A stretch of DNA of 64,000 nucleotides from positions 9,734,001 to 9,798,000 of the forward strand of contig CM060734.1 in the NCBI GenBank assembly GCA_030704615.1, in the 5' to 3' direction. Under the pieces are notes generated by a model. The model was not told the origin of the DNA and did no database searches. It saw nothing but the letters and a program-made list of their open reading frames with translations. The stretch comes from Takakia lepidozioides (lineage: Eukaryota > Plantae > Bryophyta). This document shows positions 10,592 through 24,779 of this stretch, in pieces. Both the position numbers and the translations under genes were made by a program. Within the stretch, counting starts at the first letter, position 1. Every line of letters begins with the position of its first letter.

Positions 10592-13500
10592 ATGATATCT
10601 GTCAAGAGGCTGACCGAAAGCAGTGGCAAGCCTGCGTTTGTGGTGGAATGCAAGCTTCCTGACGAGCAGCAGCACTTCTTCACGCGTTCTAAGATGTTCA
10701 AATGTATGGGTTATGATGATACGGAAGCTCGATCGAAGGCAATGCGCTTTGCAACGGCGACCGATACTCTGTTGGCTTTTCGGGAATTCCTCTTTTATGA
10801 GGCTGATGGATCTGCCCTTCCTTCTAGCGACAGGTCATCAACGGTTGCGTCGACAATCGGCGCGGCCGATTCATCGTTGAACCTTGGTGCACTTTTAAGT
10901 AAGAGCGAGTCACAGCACAGCGCCAGAAGGAGGGTGAGATCATATGTGTGTGTGCGGTACAGTCAGCTGACCCGCCTGCCTTTTGCAGTTGCCTTGTGTC
11001 GGTTGGAAAACGGTCTATTGCGAGCAATTTCTTTTCGGGACCGCTCCACGAATAACAAGGAATTGCTAGCTTCTGAAGACGATGAAGCCCTTGACCAAGC
11101 TAGCCAGTTTTTGAGGAGCGTGGCTTTCGACAACTGGCGCAAACAGGGCCTCTATGAGGCACTGCTTCAGGACCAAGGACAATTAGGGGCACAAGTTGTT
11201 AGGCATGGAAGGGAGCGGGGGTTGAAGCATGCATGCTCGTTTGTGGAGATAGAGCAAGGGGAGAAAGTGGACTGTGTATGTGGCAAGAATCACAGCCGGG
11301 GACTGATGATGGCATGTGAGCGATGTGGGGTATGGGAACATGCTGAATGCCAGGGTTTTTGCAGCAATAAGCAGGTCAGCATTCGGTCTAATGCCTACTC
11401 CCCATTTGTGTTCTGCCTGTAGGACAGCAATTCCTGGTCCCTGTGACTTTTATTTCCATGATTAAGATAACGGAATTAATGTATGATTTCAACCATGACT
11501 TCAATACTTTCAGGTGAATTGTAACCTAAAGGATGATTGCCTGTCTTCGTTTATTACTAGAATCCCACTGCCATCCTGTCCTGGCTTTGTTAGTGACTAT
11601 TGCAGATACCTTGGGCCAGCTGCAGTCTCCAGAGTGACCATTGACACGGAGAGGACTTGATGATGCACAAATTAGTATTTGGCAAATATCCTCACAGGTT
11701 CTGCTCCAGTGGAGGGTACCAAGCAACCTTATGATTGAAGGAAGGAGTTTCACAAGTCTGGAGCCTTCTTGACGGTTTCCACAGAAATATTATGGCTGGT
11801 TGGATGGAAGCTTTAAGCCTTTTGCTTTTGGACATATGAACAGGTTCTCAAGAGGGAGGCCAGCTGATCCAGGATGGAAAGAGCACAGATGAGGGTTGGT
11901 TCCTAGTAGGGGTGGGTGGGGTTGGGGGGAGGGGGTGTGTCGATGAAACATGCCTAAAGTACCGGTTTGGTTTCTATCTAGCAGATTCCGGCGGACTACA
12001 TTTGCTCTGCATGTGTGAGGGCGGAGAGAGAGGAGGTTGTTGTCATCAGGTTGGAGGAACAGGTTAGTCCTGGGCATCTGCAAGAGCTACTTACACCGCG
12101 GTCTTTTGTTAACAGGGGAACGGCTTAGTTGTGGAATCTATGTGCAGAGGGAGACGGATAATTGCCATTCTAATTTCTGCAGGATGACAGACAGGGACAT
12201 GATACTTCGATGGTGGCATGTGGAAGTAGAGCATCATAAAGGAGCCAGCCGCTGTTAACCTGTTTGCTTGGCTATTAGAACAGAATCAGGAAAGGACATG
12301 GGAATAAATTTTATGATGGATGGATGGATATATGGATGCATTACTTATTTTGGAGCTGGCTGATGAGAGCCACAGCTTAAATGGAAAGTCTCTGCAGTCC
12401 CAACCCCAATGGTTTAGGTTGCCCTGACAGACGCCCTATTGCGCCTGCCTTGGAGTCAACTTTGCATAGTGACATTTTATGAAACCGGGCTGTCACAAGG
12501 TAATTGCCTCCAGATGCAGTAACTGGCTGGCCATTATCTGGTTATGGCTTAGCTGTTGTAGGTGCAAGTGCTTCAGGCTGTTTCAGATTTTCTGTGTAAT
12601 GTGGACTAATTTATGTGTGTTCTTGGCTTGGCAGGGTGACTTAGGAAATGTGCAGTTGGAGGATCTCTGGATGGGTATGAAGTTGGAAGGAGATAAGTGT
12701 GTCTGCTGTGTGTGTGGGTGTGAAGATAATGAGTACTTTGAAACTCTGGTAGGTTTTATTCCATTCCCACGGAGATGTGGTCAATGGAATGGTGATTGTG
12801 TGGGAATGCAGAATCGTGTTGGTTAGTGCACAATATAGAATCAATCTTTGATCCCCTGCCTCCTCCTGGTCACGCCAGTTCTCACAACCCATTGCTCTTT
12901 GCATAGTGTGAATGATGTAACCTTGTGGTCGTAGATCATACACCCAGCGTGGAAGGAAGCAACAGGGAGGCTTCAGTTAGTGAAGTAGTGCTAACTGCCT
13001 GAAACCGCAAACTACTATGTCTATCTCCTGGTTAAGGAGGGCCTTGGATCTGTAAGCATGCAATCTAAACCAGGCAGTGCCTTTGTTGTGGTGGTTAGGG
13101 GGGCTTTCGTATATTAGAGGTAGTCTCAGTTCATGTGCAGGTTGTCTCTTACCAACTTAGGGAACAGTGTTATTGTATAGCTACTCTTTTTGGTACTGAT
13201 GGCATAACATGTTTTGCTGTGGTCACATGTACAGATGCCTCCTTGTGCATGTGAGGGTAGCCCTTGCGTTGCTCATCCCAGCTGTCTTGTAGCTACAACA
13301 GATGGAGCATTACAGAGGGATTGGCCCTGTCAGGGATTAGCATCAAGCACTTGCCATGTTTGTGGTGGGAGGGATTCAGTTGCAAGTGGCAACGATAGAG
13401 AGATCCAGGTGAAAGCAGGGCCAAAGGATGTGGCAGCTTTGAGTAATAGTCCCTCTCAGAACAGCAGGGGTGCAAGAAGGTTTGCAAAGGTGGATCAGCC

Positions 13501-16500
13501 TAATGGAGGGACAAGACGGCTACGGAGTGCATTAACCAATGGAGGTCTACTAGTTAAATCAGTAACTGTGGAGAACAGATCCTTGAAGTCTAGCAAGGAT
13601 GTACCAGAAGGACTGGCTGTCCCTCAATGTGGACCAAAGTCTGAGAGCCCTATAAAAAATCTTAATAAGGTGTGTCCATGTGTCGTTTGTTGTGTCCTGA
13701 TGATGGTGACTTTGTCTTGCAAAGGCAATGTAGATCTTGGGAAGGTTAGTGAGTGTGTCTATGTAGAAGCAGACAGGCAGCAGTCAAAACTATTGCAGGT
13801 GTGGTGTTTAGTGGGTAGGGCCAGACTTTTAACAATCAAACTACAGGCAGCAGTCAAGAAGGTATAATATGACGATTGAATTTTCAGATTGGTTATGCAT
13901 ATCTTTTACCGAGGCCTATCATATGTGTTGTGTGATCCCCCCCATGGAGTATAGTATGTTTGTTCCCATGATTGGGGAGGCGGCTCATTTTGGTGCTACA
14001 TGTTGTTTGCAGTCAGTTGAGCCCTTGCTTGGCCGGCGCTTCAGCGATGCAGCTGCAACAGTGCCCATCAAGAAACGCAGGCTACAGTTGGAAGTTGCTC
14101 GGTCACCTTCACCACCCGAGAGGAATACCTTGCCAATGGCTCAACCTCAGTTTACAGAAAGAAAGGAAAAGGCTGGGGCTGACACAAGAATGAAGTTGGA
14201 AGAAGACTTGCAAGTTTCTGAGGGTATTGAGATGGTGGAAGAGGTACAGTCAATGGTCAACAGGCTTGCCGCCAGTGTGGTCACTCCTGACAAGGATGGG
14301 ACTGGGAGCAGAGACAACCAGGGTAAACCTAGTGTGGAAAAGGAGGAAGATGAGAGGGCCGATGAAGGAGAGGTTTTGTTGAGTATGTTTAATGGAGAGG
14401 AGAGCATAAGTGCGTGCCCAGTAATGGCTTCTGGCAAGGTTGTTGGGTCGAAGGGGAAGCGGGTTGATGCAGGCCTGCAAGGAAGAGGCAGGGCAAATAC
14501 GGGTGGCAGTTGGCTGGACAGATGGGATGATTCCTGCCCTGGCAGGAGTAAGGAGGACCACGATGATGACGACAAAGAATGTGATTCACATCATGGCAGG
14601 AAATTTACACTGGAGGAAAATGCTCAAATGGTTGCTCAGTTGGATGTGCAGAAGAAGCAAGTTTTCCCAGCCAAAGAAATAGGGATCGTTGTCCATGACA
14701 TGGACACGCCTCCTAAGTTGGAGAAGAAACAGGAACATTCTGCTGGTGGACTAATGATGATACCATCACCATCGGTGCAGAAATTTGCAGAAGCAGGAGC
14801 CAGTGGGTCTTCTACAGAGGGGTCTTCTGGAGAGGGTCGGCATGATCCCAGGGAGGGTGACCAAAGGGGATGTGAGGAGAGCTCCAGTAGTATGGAAGCG
14901 ACTGACAGGGAGAGTGACGCGAGTCAGGTGAGATATGAAAGTGCTAACTGCCCAGACAGTGAGTTACTAGTAAGTGAGTTAGAGAATACAAATACAGGCA
15001 CTGCATCTGCTTCCAGACAGAGCAGTCGCACCCGCGATGATCGTCTGCACTGGGATTTGAATATGGACATGGAAAAATGGGAAAGGCCTACAGAGGACGA
15101 TAATACTGGGGATACAGAGTTGCACTTCGCTGTCACACCACAGAATATCAGAGAACCTGTTCTGAGAAGCCATGTTGGTCCTCATGGTGAGGAACATAGA
15201 GGGGTAGTTGATGCTAATGCGGGGATGGAAACGCATCAAGATCCTCAACTTGTGACTATGCAGAGGTTTCCAGATGGGTTGGCTTTACACAACGCAACTA
15301 TGTGTGCTGTACAGGGTGCAGCAAACTTGAGGTCTGTTGCAGACAGCATTGCAGAATGTCAAACTCTGTTAGGTGTGCAGTCTGCTAGTTTGCAGAAAAC
15401 ATGGGCTACTGCGTGCTCATCAGTGAAGGTCGTTGAAAAGGAAGCAGAATGTTTGTCTTGCGATGTGGGTAGCATTGTAGCAAACATCTTCCCGAAGTTG
15501 GTAGATGACTCCGCGTGGAGAACAGCTCCACAGGAAGGGGATGCACATATGGACGAAAATATGTCGCACTTGGAGATCAGGAGCTCTGCAAATGGACAAC
15601 CTTCTACAGGTGCAGGCTCAATGGCTCACAGCACAGCTGAGGGCATGACCAAGGAAGTGGCGTTTGTTCATCCTCGTTGCGAATGTGGCCCTGCCATTTT
15701 CGAGGAGGTCAGTGTGCCCCGTATAGAAGGGCATGATGGCTCCTCAAGGTCTGGTGATTCACAAGGGGGTGCCCAGGAGGTGGTTGATATCTGCAAGACC
15801 TCTAATGCAGGGTTGATCACCAAAATGGACGCCGGTGAAGAAGTCACTGAAGAGGAAGACTGCAATGCATTTTTGGAGCCTCCAGAGGTTTCTCCCATCA
15901 CTGATCCAGACACAGAGTATGAGCGGAACTTTGGTGAATACAAGGTGCATGATGAAAAGGAGCCAGATCCTGTCTATGAGGAAAGGGTTCAAGATGATGT
16001 GATAGGAATGGAAGAAGAGAACTTCCTGGATGTGAGAGACGCCTTCCCTTCAGCGCATGGAAGAAGCCCCTCCTCTCTAGTGTGGGAGGGTGACACTGTG
16101 GAGGAGCTTGACACTGAGCATGTTGATTATGATGATTCTGATTGTAGGGATGGGGATGAACCTGAGGCTGTTGAGAGAGTGCAGTCTGTGGGTTTGCAGG
16201 CTGAGAGCCATGGGGAAACTGCTGGAGTGCTCGGAGAGGGTTCAGCAGATGAAGCCAGTGCTTCAGTCAGCCCCTCTGTTAGGCAACGCAACTCATTTTC
16301 TGGGAGTTCTGAGGATGAGACCATGGGAAGATCAAAGTCAGGTTCAGGGGGTGAGTTGCCAATGGAGAAAGGAAGTCAAAGTTGCCGTCTCATCTCTAAG
16401 GAGAGTTACAGAGAAGAACAGAGTGCTGATGATAAGAGACTTTGTGTGGATGATAATTACTGCAAACCTTCACCAGCGCCGAAGGTCTCCACCAATGAAG

Positions 16501-19268
16501 TGGATATGACTGTCATTTCAATGAAAGAGGTATTGTATTGACTAATGCTGGTTGGCTTTATGAGCTGTTGGTGTTAATAGGTCAAGATCTCGGTATTCTT
16601 GCCAATGTTTTGTGGTTGACCCTTTTATAATTCAGGTTCTCTGACTTGTTTGATTTGGATCAGCCTTTTTTCAGTCATTCTCTAGTTGATGATTTGTCGC
16701 AAGCTTTTTGTGTGATCAAGTTTCTGTCTCTTGCTAAGTTCTCCCTTGTCATCTTCTATCTGTATGTTGTTTTCATTGCTCTCTGTTATATTTTCATTAG
16801 GCTTCTCTTCTTGGTTTGTAAGACATTTGGTCATCCAGGACAGTTTGTCTGACTAAATAATTGAACTAGTTTCTGTCCTTAAAGGGATGCTATGTAAGTA
16901 CCAGAAACCATCCTCTTTCAGATCCTTGTGTTGTCTCTTGTTTCTTTTTCATGTGGGGGGCTTTTCAGCCCACTTTGGTGAGTTGGTGAATTCTTGGACC
17001 TATTTGTGCGATCAAATGTGACACAAACGGAGATGTGTGGTAGGTTTCTTCATTATATGACTAATTCACTTAAGATTAATTGCAGGGAGGGGGCCATTTT
17101 GAAGGTGGGGAAGTTGAAATGGTGAAAGTGAGTTTTAGTGAGAGAAAAGGCACCACGTGTGCAAGAGGTGAGGGGTGCACCAGCAGTCATGAAGAAAAGG
17201 TGGTTTTGAAGTCAGAGATTTCTGGGAGACGTTTAGATCGTCCTGGCCGGGTGAAGTCATCAGGGTGGGATCAGCTGCCTGAAGGTTTTGAGAAAGCAGA
17301 AGATGCACTGCGTGCAGCCAAAGACAATACTGGACGCATGAGGCGAGGAGGGCTACAGTGGGCAAGTGGCCGGGGTATCAGCATGAGCCCCCGTAATGAC
17401 CCCAGTAATGGCCGTTTTGGGCCAGGGCCTGGAAGGGGTTCCTTACTGCGATCTGACACCATTGGGGATGGGGTGAGGTCGACTGAGTCACCGTGGAGTA
17501 GGGAGGATCACCTGCACATGCGGCGGTTAGTAACTGACCATCTCGGTTGTAGGTTGTCCAGTTCAGAGCTCTATTAATTACAGTTGCTCCATCATTATAT
17601 TCCAGCTACAGTTCAGTACAAAGACAGTAGACGATGGTTCATTAACTCACCAATTTGGTCTTTTGTTGCAGAGTCAATACTGGTTTCGCTTCAAATAGAG
17701 ACATTGGAGAGGGCCCAGGCAGCAGGGGAAGGACCTTAGATTTATCCCAAAGCACAGGAAGGCTGGACCCCTGGATTCGTAACACGAGTGGGACCCCTAC
17801 CCCTTGGAGGGGTGATGCTGACAGGCATCCGTCTATCCCAGACCGCCTCTCCAGTCCTGTAGGCTTCGGTCCACGTGGACCATCGAATGCAGCAGCAGTT
17901 GCGGCTGCAAAAGTGGAGAGCAGCGGGTTTGTTGTGGCTCCAGACGGCACCATCACAAAGCCCAATGCACCACACCCCTTCCCTGCCGGGCCCCGTGTGA
18001 GCACATTGTGCACCATGGGAGGAAGAGGAATTGGGGGACCTAGTATTGGTATGCCTGAGGTTGGAGCTATGGGTATTGGGGGCAGCATAAGCATGGGTCT
18101 CAGCTGCAGGGGGAGCATGGGCATGGGTTCTGGCCTGCGTGGTGGGCCTGGAACGGGCATGGCCATGGCTGGTAAAGGTGTCTCACCTCGGGGCCCAGGA
18201 ATGGCAGCCAGGTCTGGGGTTTCTCACAGCCCTCGGGTAGGCGGACCACTGATGCTGACTTCTTCTGGTAGGCCTGGTGGGCAGTGTCCTGATGATTGGG
18301 GAAGGAAGGAGAGATGTTTGTCGCCACTAGTTGGCCGGCGTAACAGAATCAGTCCAGATAGAAGGCTTGATTCAGAGTTGTGTTCATGGCCCAGATCGAG
18401 ATCCAGGTCTCCGCACAAGCAAATACCAACCAGGCCAGGGGACAGTGGCACTGTGCCTGATGTTGCATGTGCACACCCACCCCTCAGATGGACTGCACCT
18501 CTCATGAACGAGAGATCATTGGAGTGTCGGTTGGAAAGTGGACCAGACAGCTGTATTGAGAAACCTGTGTCCTTGGCTTCACCCCCGTGTGTACCACCAC
18601 AACGCAAGCTACCCTTGCCCCCACCACCGCCTCGTGGTCAGAGGTCACCACCAGCGGGTCTGAAGCGATTGACTAAGAAAGATGGAGACCGGTGGGACAA
18701 AGATCAGGAGCGTGAACGGGAGAGGCCTTTTTCACGCATCCGCACACCACCTTGCAGAACGTCCCCTCATGTTGTGCATGGCTCTGCCCTAATGGATGAA
18801 CGCGACCGTCAATTACTGGCGGTTATTTGCCAAGAGTCCCCGGCAGGTAGGTTACAGATGGAAGGTGAGCTTTCTGGGTCAGAAACAGTGCCAACCCAGG
18901 ACCCATCTCCAAATACCTCTCTAGGGAGGTCCGCTGAAGGTCTCAGCAATCTCAGAAGACCTGCGCCTAATTGCCGCGGTGATCGAGAGAGAGGCACTCA
19001 TGGTGTAAGAAGAGAAGCCTCAGGTGTGAAAGTAGGTGAGGGCATGAGAGAACTTTCAAGGAGCAGAAATGGCAGGGATAGAGATCGGAGAATGGATAGT
19101 AGTTCTCAAAAAGATGGAGGGAGAGAGGGAGAGAGTACTAAGGCCAGAACTGGCCATAGCTACAGTCATAGGGATGCGGAGAGGCCTGGAAGCAGCTTCA
19201 GGTGTGCCAGCAGTCGAGATGGTGGTGACGACATAGCTCCCAGGCGCAGGAGACCCTCTCCTTATTGA
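10592..19268 (+). CDS. PHD finger + RING-CH (RINGv) protein with a long acidic and Arg/Ser/Gly-rich disordered tail. Exons 10592-11374, 11985-12062, 12635-12748, 13235-13669, 14013-16529, 17086-17525, 17672-19268 (~1987 aa)
   Basis: All introns are GT-AG and phase-compatible. Splicing completes the PHD (CVCGKNHSRGLMMACERCGVWEHAEC..Q|IPADYICSAC) and the RING-CH (CCVC..ETL|MPPCACEGSPCVAHPSCL...CHVC). Islands VPIKKRR, LHWDLNMDMEKWE, SSGWDQLPEGFE, AAAKVESSGFVVAPDGTI. No premature stops. The exon 2-3 join is the least certain part. Confidence 0.8.
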
Positions 19269-20949
19269 TCTCAGGGTCTCTCTCATGTTGTTCCCCATGT
19301 AGCTTATGCCAAGTGGAGGTTGTATGGTTTTAAAATGTAAATGAAGAAAACTGAGTGTGCCCAGGGTACATCCCGCACCTGTGAGGTACATGATTTATGG
19401 GTTTGAAATTTGAAAGAGCTTTCAGTTGTTGCGAGATTGTGGGCAGGGGTGGAGATTGAAGGTTGCATTGCCTCTTCAAGACTCAGTTTGTCCCTGAGTG
19501 AAGGGTAGTCCAAAATCTAGCCCTTCCAAACTCAATCCCTAAACCCCCACCAGGCCCAAAACAGGCCTGGGGGCCTATTTCAATGTAAATTGTTTTCGTT
19601 CAGATGTGCTTCAATTTTTATGAAATTGGTGCCATATAATGGCCCCTGTCGCAGACTGCCTCGAATGGGCAGCTGATTGCCCTAATTTTGAGTTAAAGGA
19701 CCGCGAGGCCCTCACAGGGCCTCAACGTGTCAATCAATCTGTTCTAGGGGCCTTGGATCTAAACCAAATCGGGCCCCACAAATTAGGTTGTCTGTAGCTT
19801 GGAGCTAGGCACAAAAGTGTCTCTCTTGATTTGCTCCTGGGCCCGCCATGGTGCCTGTGTGTGCGATCAAAGCACCACTCCCCTGACCGTTGGAAGGAAG
19901 TTGGGGAGGCGCAGATGCTTCATGGCGCATGGACAGGCTTGGCTATCTATTTTGACCTCCCCCTAATATGGCAATGTGGCAATTGGTTTTATCCATTTAT
20001 CTTGAAATGGCGTTGGCCCATTCCCGCCACAGAAGCACAGATTCCCAAATCAGGCCATTAATTACAGCTAGTTAGAGGGATTTAGCCAAAAATTTGAATT
20101 CTGGCTATCGTTTTTTTAGAATAGTTTATAGAGAAGGTTGTGCGAAAGTTTGGCAGTTGTGCCATAGTTGGGCATGGCTTTCTGCTTTTAGTAAAGGTGG
20201 CTATTGCATGGCAAAATATGAATAGCCAGTAAAATGGTTCATAGCTCACCTACCCAACACCAATTGTATACAAATGAGGTCCCATCAAATCTGCTTTTTT
20301 TCAGCTGAAATTTTGCAGAGATATGCTTCACTCAATTATGCACTCGAATCTGTTCTCGCTTCCTATTCCCATTTGGAGAAACACCCATGATTTGTTTTGC
20401 CATGTAAAACTTGAGAAGACAAACTCCATTAATTTCAGCATTGGCCCAAGCTCAAACTTTATGATCTCATAGATCCAATGGTGAATTCTGGTTTTTGTTT
20501 TTGCATTGGATTACCGAGGAAGGTGGGCATCCAATCCAACGGTGGACAGGCATGGTTCGTCCCAAATATGGATATATGGTATCAAACATGCAAGGGGGTC
20601 TCGTCTACGAAGTCATTTTCCAACCACCCCGTGGTCCTTTAAGGGTTAAAGCAAAGTTGCGGCACAATGACACGCACACACACACACGTGCGAAGAAATC
20701 ATAGCATGCCAGGCAGAATTACCTTCCCAAAAATGCCAAAACCTCTACCCCCTTGCTCGCAAGGTAAGGGGAATCGCCCAGGTTCGATCAAGTGGCAGCA
20801 CCACATGCGTTGACCAAATTGGACTGTTTATGGGATGTAGGATGAGGGATCCTAGGGGTATAGAGCCTTTACGCCTCAATCCGACTTGATCCCCTCACTC
20901 AAATCTGGGATTGCCAAGATCTACTGTGATTTTCCGATGGCCCCCAATA

Positions 20950-23545
20950 ATGGGCCTCACATTCAACGGTGGTGTTTTCAAGATCTGGGGCAATTGCTTT
21001 GGAAATTTTCCAATGGCTCCCACAATGGGCCCCATATTCAACAGGGGTGTTTTCTGGGTGGTATTTTCTGGATCTAGAGCGATTCCCTTGCAGGTGGGTG
21101 CATGAGCAAGGTAGGCAAATAAGCTTCTCATTGAAAGATAATAATTCAATGCGCGCACCTGCGCCTGCGACTGGCCGTGTGTAGCAGAGGGGGTCACGAC
21201 GGGTGGGCAAGCCAGTCTGCTGGGGCCACAAAACACATAAAATATGCACATTAGTCCTCTTCTTCGCGCCCGAACATTTTCTCTGTGCTTCTGCATGTGC
21301 GATTGCAAATGATTGTTGGCGATTACTTGTATTTGCTTTCATGCTTATCTGTAGGAACAGAGTTGTTTTTGCTGTCATGCTTATCCCTACTCTGCTTGTC
21401 ACGACTGTTGATTTGATTTGGATGGTGCCGCCCGTGTTGGGGATGACAGAGTGAAGACGATCGGGACACGGTGGTGGTATCCTCGGCTGCTCCATCCAGA
21501 GCGTTCTTCTGTGATGACAGGGAGCGCGGTGTCCAGAGCGTGTTGCTCGTATGTGGGATAGCCCATCCAAAGCTGCAGCATGTTGGAGAAGCTTGAGGAG
21601 TCGTTGTGGATTGGAGGACTTGAGACCATTGTGTCCTTTGGTTTTTTTGAGTTGGAGTGGCAGCTACCCGCCTCGCTGTTGGATTCACTCGCATCGCTTG
21701 GTGCGGGGGTTGAGAGTCAGTAGCTCTGCTAGCGAGGTGAGAGCTGTTTGCAGTGGTTCCCGGGCCTTCATAGGTGTTTGTAGAGGCAGCGGGGATGTAG
21801 TCGTTGGGGCTCCATGAGACTGCCCGAAGCTGGCCTTCGCCGCGCTTTGTGTTGAGCGGGCTTGGTAGGCATTCTCCGCTGCAAAGAATAGTTCGTCCGA
21901 CGGGTGCATATCGCTGGCGTCCATGCCTTCTTCCTGGCGAGAATCCATGTCGAGGTCCTTGTCCATGGAGCGGGAAGTAGAGAGTGGGTGAGAATAAGAC
22001 TTCTTACTACGGGTGTCTACGGTAGGAGAAGGGCGTGGGTTTTTCTGTATACTTCCAGCATGTTTCTGGATACTACCAAGTTTGGAGCTAGTCATGCGTG
22101 AGTGATAGTCGACAGTTGGTAACTGTGAGAGAGAGGAAGGGTATGGCAGATTGCTAGAAGTGGACGTTGCGAATTTGGGCAGAGCTGCTTGAGTTGAAGG
22201 GGAGGAGGGATTGTGGCTATTCTATTGAAGCTGCAGCCTATATGCAGGAGCGATTAGGAGGAGGCTGCGCTGCTTCGGACGGCGGGGGCATGTTGATGTA
22301 TTAATCGGGGTCGTTAACGATTTGGGCCTCAGCGGCGGCTGTGAGGTTTGTAATTGAAGGGGTGTGTAATGGGAAGTGAGCAATGTGCCAGATGGTGATG
22401 AAGCTCTGTCAGTGGACAGGGCCTTACTATGTACTTTGTATGGGCTCTGGTGTTGTGGTGGGGGGGGTGGTAGCCGTCGTTGGGTTAAATTGGGTGTGGT
22501 TGTGATAATTGGGGGGAGAGCATTAATCCAGTTTAGTGTTTTTGACAGTAAGGAGGTGTTATTATCATAATCGTTGATAGGATAGAGCAGCGAATGTGGG
22601 TTAGTTGTTTGCATAGAGGGGGGGAAGTGCTGGGGCATTAAGGGGCTTATAAAGTAGGATGTCAGGCTCTCTAGGTATGTGTCCAGGCATAAGGGGCCTG
22701 ACATGAGTGCGGCTGTCTGATGTGGAGGCGGGCGGAGCACAATAGTGGGGGTATGGTATATTACAGGGGTGTACATGGGGCAGGTGGTGTAGTGGGGTCT
22801 GAGGGTTGGGATGGGGCAGAGGCCATATGCAGGTGGGAGGGGCTGATACAGCCGTTACAAGTGGTATAGGAACAGATTTGATTACGTATAGATTTTTGTG
22901 GGCGGTGTTGGATGTGGTGAAATTCGTGGACTGGTGGGGCAGTTGAATGAGAGGAAGCCCACTATGGTGGAGAGGTAACATCCTGGAAGAGACATGGTAG
23001 GTTAAGGTGTGTTGGCCAGGCCAGAATGCCTTGGGTACATATGCGGTGCATATGCCTAGAGTGGGTTGATATAGAGAGAGTCGGAGCGACCAGAGAATGA
23101 GAGCATATGCGGGACATATGCTTAGAATTGAGTGTGGTATAGAGAGCCATTGGGTCGGGGTATCACAAGAGGACCATGAGGTGCCATGAATTGGATGCAT
23201 TTTGATGGTAGAGGTAGGGAAGTGAAGTGAAACCTGGATTGTACCCACGTAGTGGTAGTGGGATGGGTGTGATGACCAGTGAAGAGACAGGCCTGTGCAA
23301 AGAGATTGTGGCAGCTCGAGAAATGAGTGGAGCCCGGTAGACTACGGGCTATGTTTTTGAGCAAGTGGGAAGGTTGGTGATGTGAACGTGTTGGATAAAT
23401 GAGCCGTGTGAACTAGCCTTGAGGCCAAGGGCCATTTGAGTATAGACATGGAAATGTGCCTTCTGTGAAAATGTGGCAGATTAATGTAACGCAATTGTGG
23501 AATCGACATGAGATTGTAGTTGCTCCGGAGTGAAGGGGGCATTGT
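20950..23545 (-). mobile_element. Degenerate retroelement-like ORF remnants (probably LINE ORF1-type), including the 22095-21685 ORF
   Basis: Strand-biased C/A-rich broken ORFs, CT-rich leader before 22095, abrupt junction with CYP710A, paralog at 26465-26737. Confidence 0.4.
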
Positions 23546-24540
23546 TCTCAGGTCGAAATCGAGCTAGCTCCTGACGCAATGTCTTGAGCACCTCGGGATG
23601 GGACTCAATTAAAGTTGCAGCAGCGAGGACGTCGCCGCATCCTATACTGCAAATAGAAAGTCAAACATGTGTTGGCCAACTTCGTCGTCAGAGTTGTGAG
23701 GTGGCATTGGTGCTCCAGTCTTCTTGGCCTCTTCAATCTCCTTCAAAATCTCGGTCATCCAAAAGTCTACAATGCATATGGCTCCTCCCCGCGATCCATA
23801 TTTCTAACCTTACTCTCTGGGTTGCGCAGTTGCACAGTGTCTTCGCCAAGCGCTTCACCGCATGGGTTGCTTTGTAGAACGCGAATCCTGGTAAATATAT
23901 AGGAACACCCAACAGTCCAACATTGAATAGATTGTAATCCTTGGTGAACTGCTCTTGGACTGCGGGAGTGAGATAAGGCCCCACGAAAGCATTATGTGAT
24001 GTCTCCAAATTCATGTCTCGAAAGAGTAACTTGAGGTGGAAGGGTTCGTTGGTTGCAGCTGCAAGAGCCAGCCATTTCTTAATGTGCTCTCGCATGGTTT
24101 TTTCCTGGATGCACACGTAAACTCCTAGAGCTTTCTGTGTGAAGAGCGGGGCCAAGCGACATCGCAGGTCCTTGTGTTCTTCACCAGCCAGAAAAATGAG
24201 ATTTGCCTCTCCAAAAATCTTCTTCCCCAGCAGATGCCCAACAAATTGGAACACATCGGGGCGTGCATTAACTTTTACATACATCTCCAAATCGTGGACC
24301 AGCAGACAAAGTTTTCCCAGCAGCACGTTCCATGAGAGACCCATACTATTTCTAGCAATTTTCCCCTACATTTCCCAGAAGCTAGCTTGGGTTGGACAGC
24401 ATATCCACCAGGCTACCAACGAATGGAACCACCATCAAAGGCCATTCTTTCGCATGAAGCCAAGGTGCTCATAGTAAATGTAGGCTGCCACTAGGAAGCC
24501 CAGACACAACCACCAATCAGCTAAGCTTCCCGGCCATTGA
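23545..24540 (-). pseudogene. CYP710A: Sterol C-22 desaturase cytochrome P450 pseudogene, 3'-truncated
   Basis: GLSWNVLLGK, GKKIFGEANLIF, EHKDLRCRLAPLFT, RDMNLETSHNAFVGPYL, CIVDFWM, I-helix MFDFLFAV*DAATSSL. Stops and frameshifts; heme-binding C-terminus absent. Confidence 0.9.
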
Positions 24541-24779
24541 AACACAGAAAGGTAGATCCCGCTTTGAATTTAAATTTCAGTCTAGTGTCGACAGTGGGTA
24601 AACATCCATGATGGCCTCCCCCAGGTCACAGATTAGAAACAATTTCAGGGAAGTAACTTTTTGCTTAACTTCATTTTCATGAGACAATTTCTTGGCAACA
24701 GGCGGCTTTGGACACTACAGCCTCTAAGTCAGATTAGGGTCAAGACTTGTGGATTTAGATTCAGATCCTTGAGAATCTT

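Noticed and set aside
12148-12500. Additional exons in intron 2 of the PHD/RING gene
   Set aside because: Candidate acceptors lead to stops or phase conflicts, while the direct 12062-12635 splice is in frame. Alternative use is not excluded.
13869-16541. Stand-alone 890-aa gene
   Set aside because: The first 48 codons are intronic. The acceptor at 14012 and donor at 16530 make it an internal exon.
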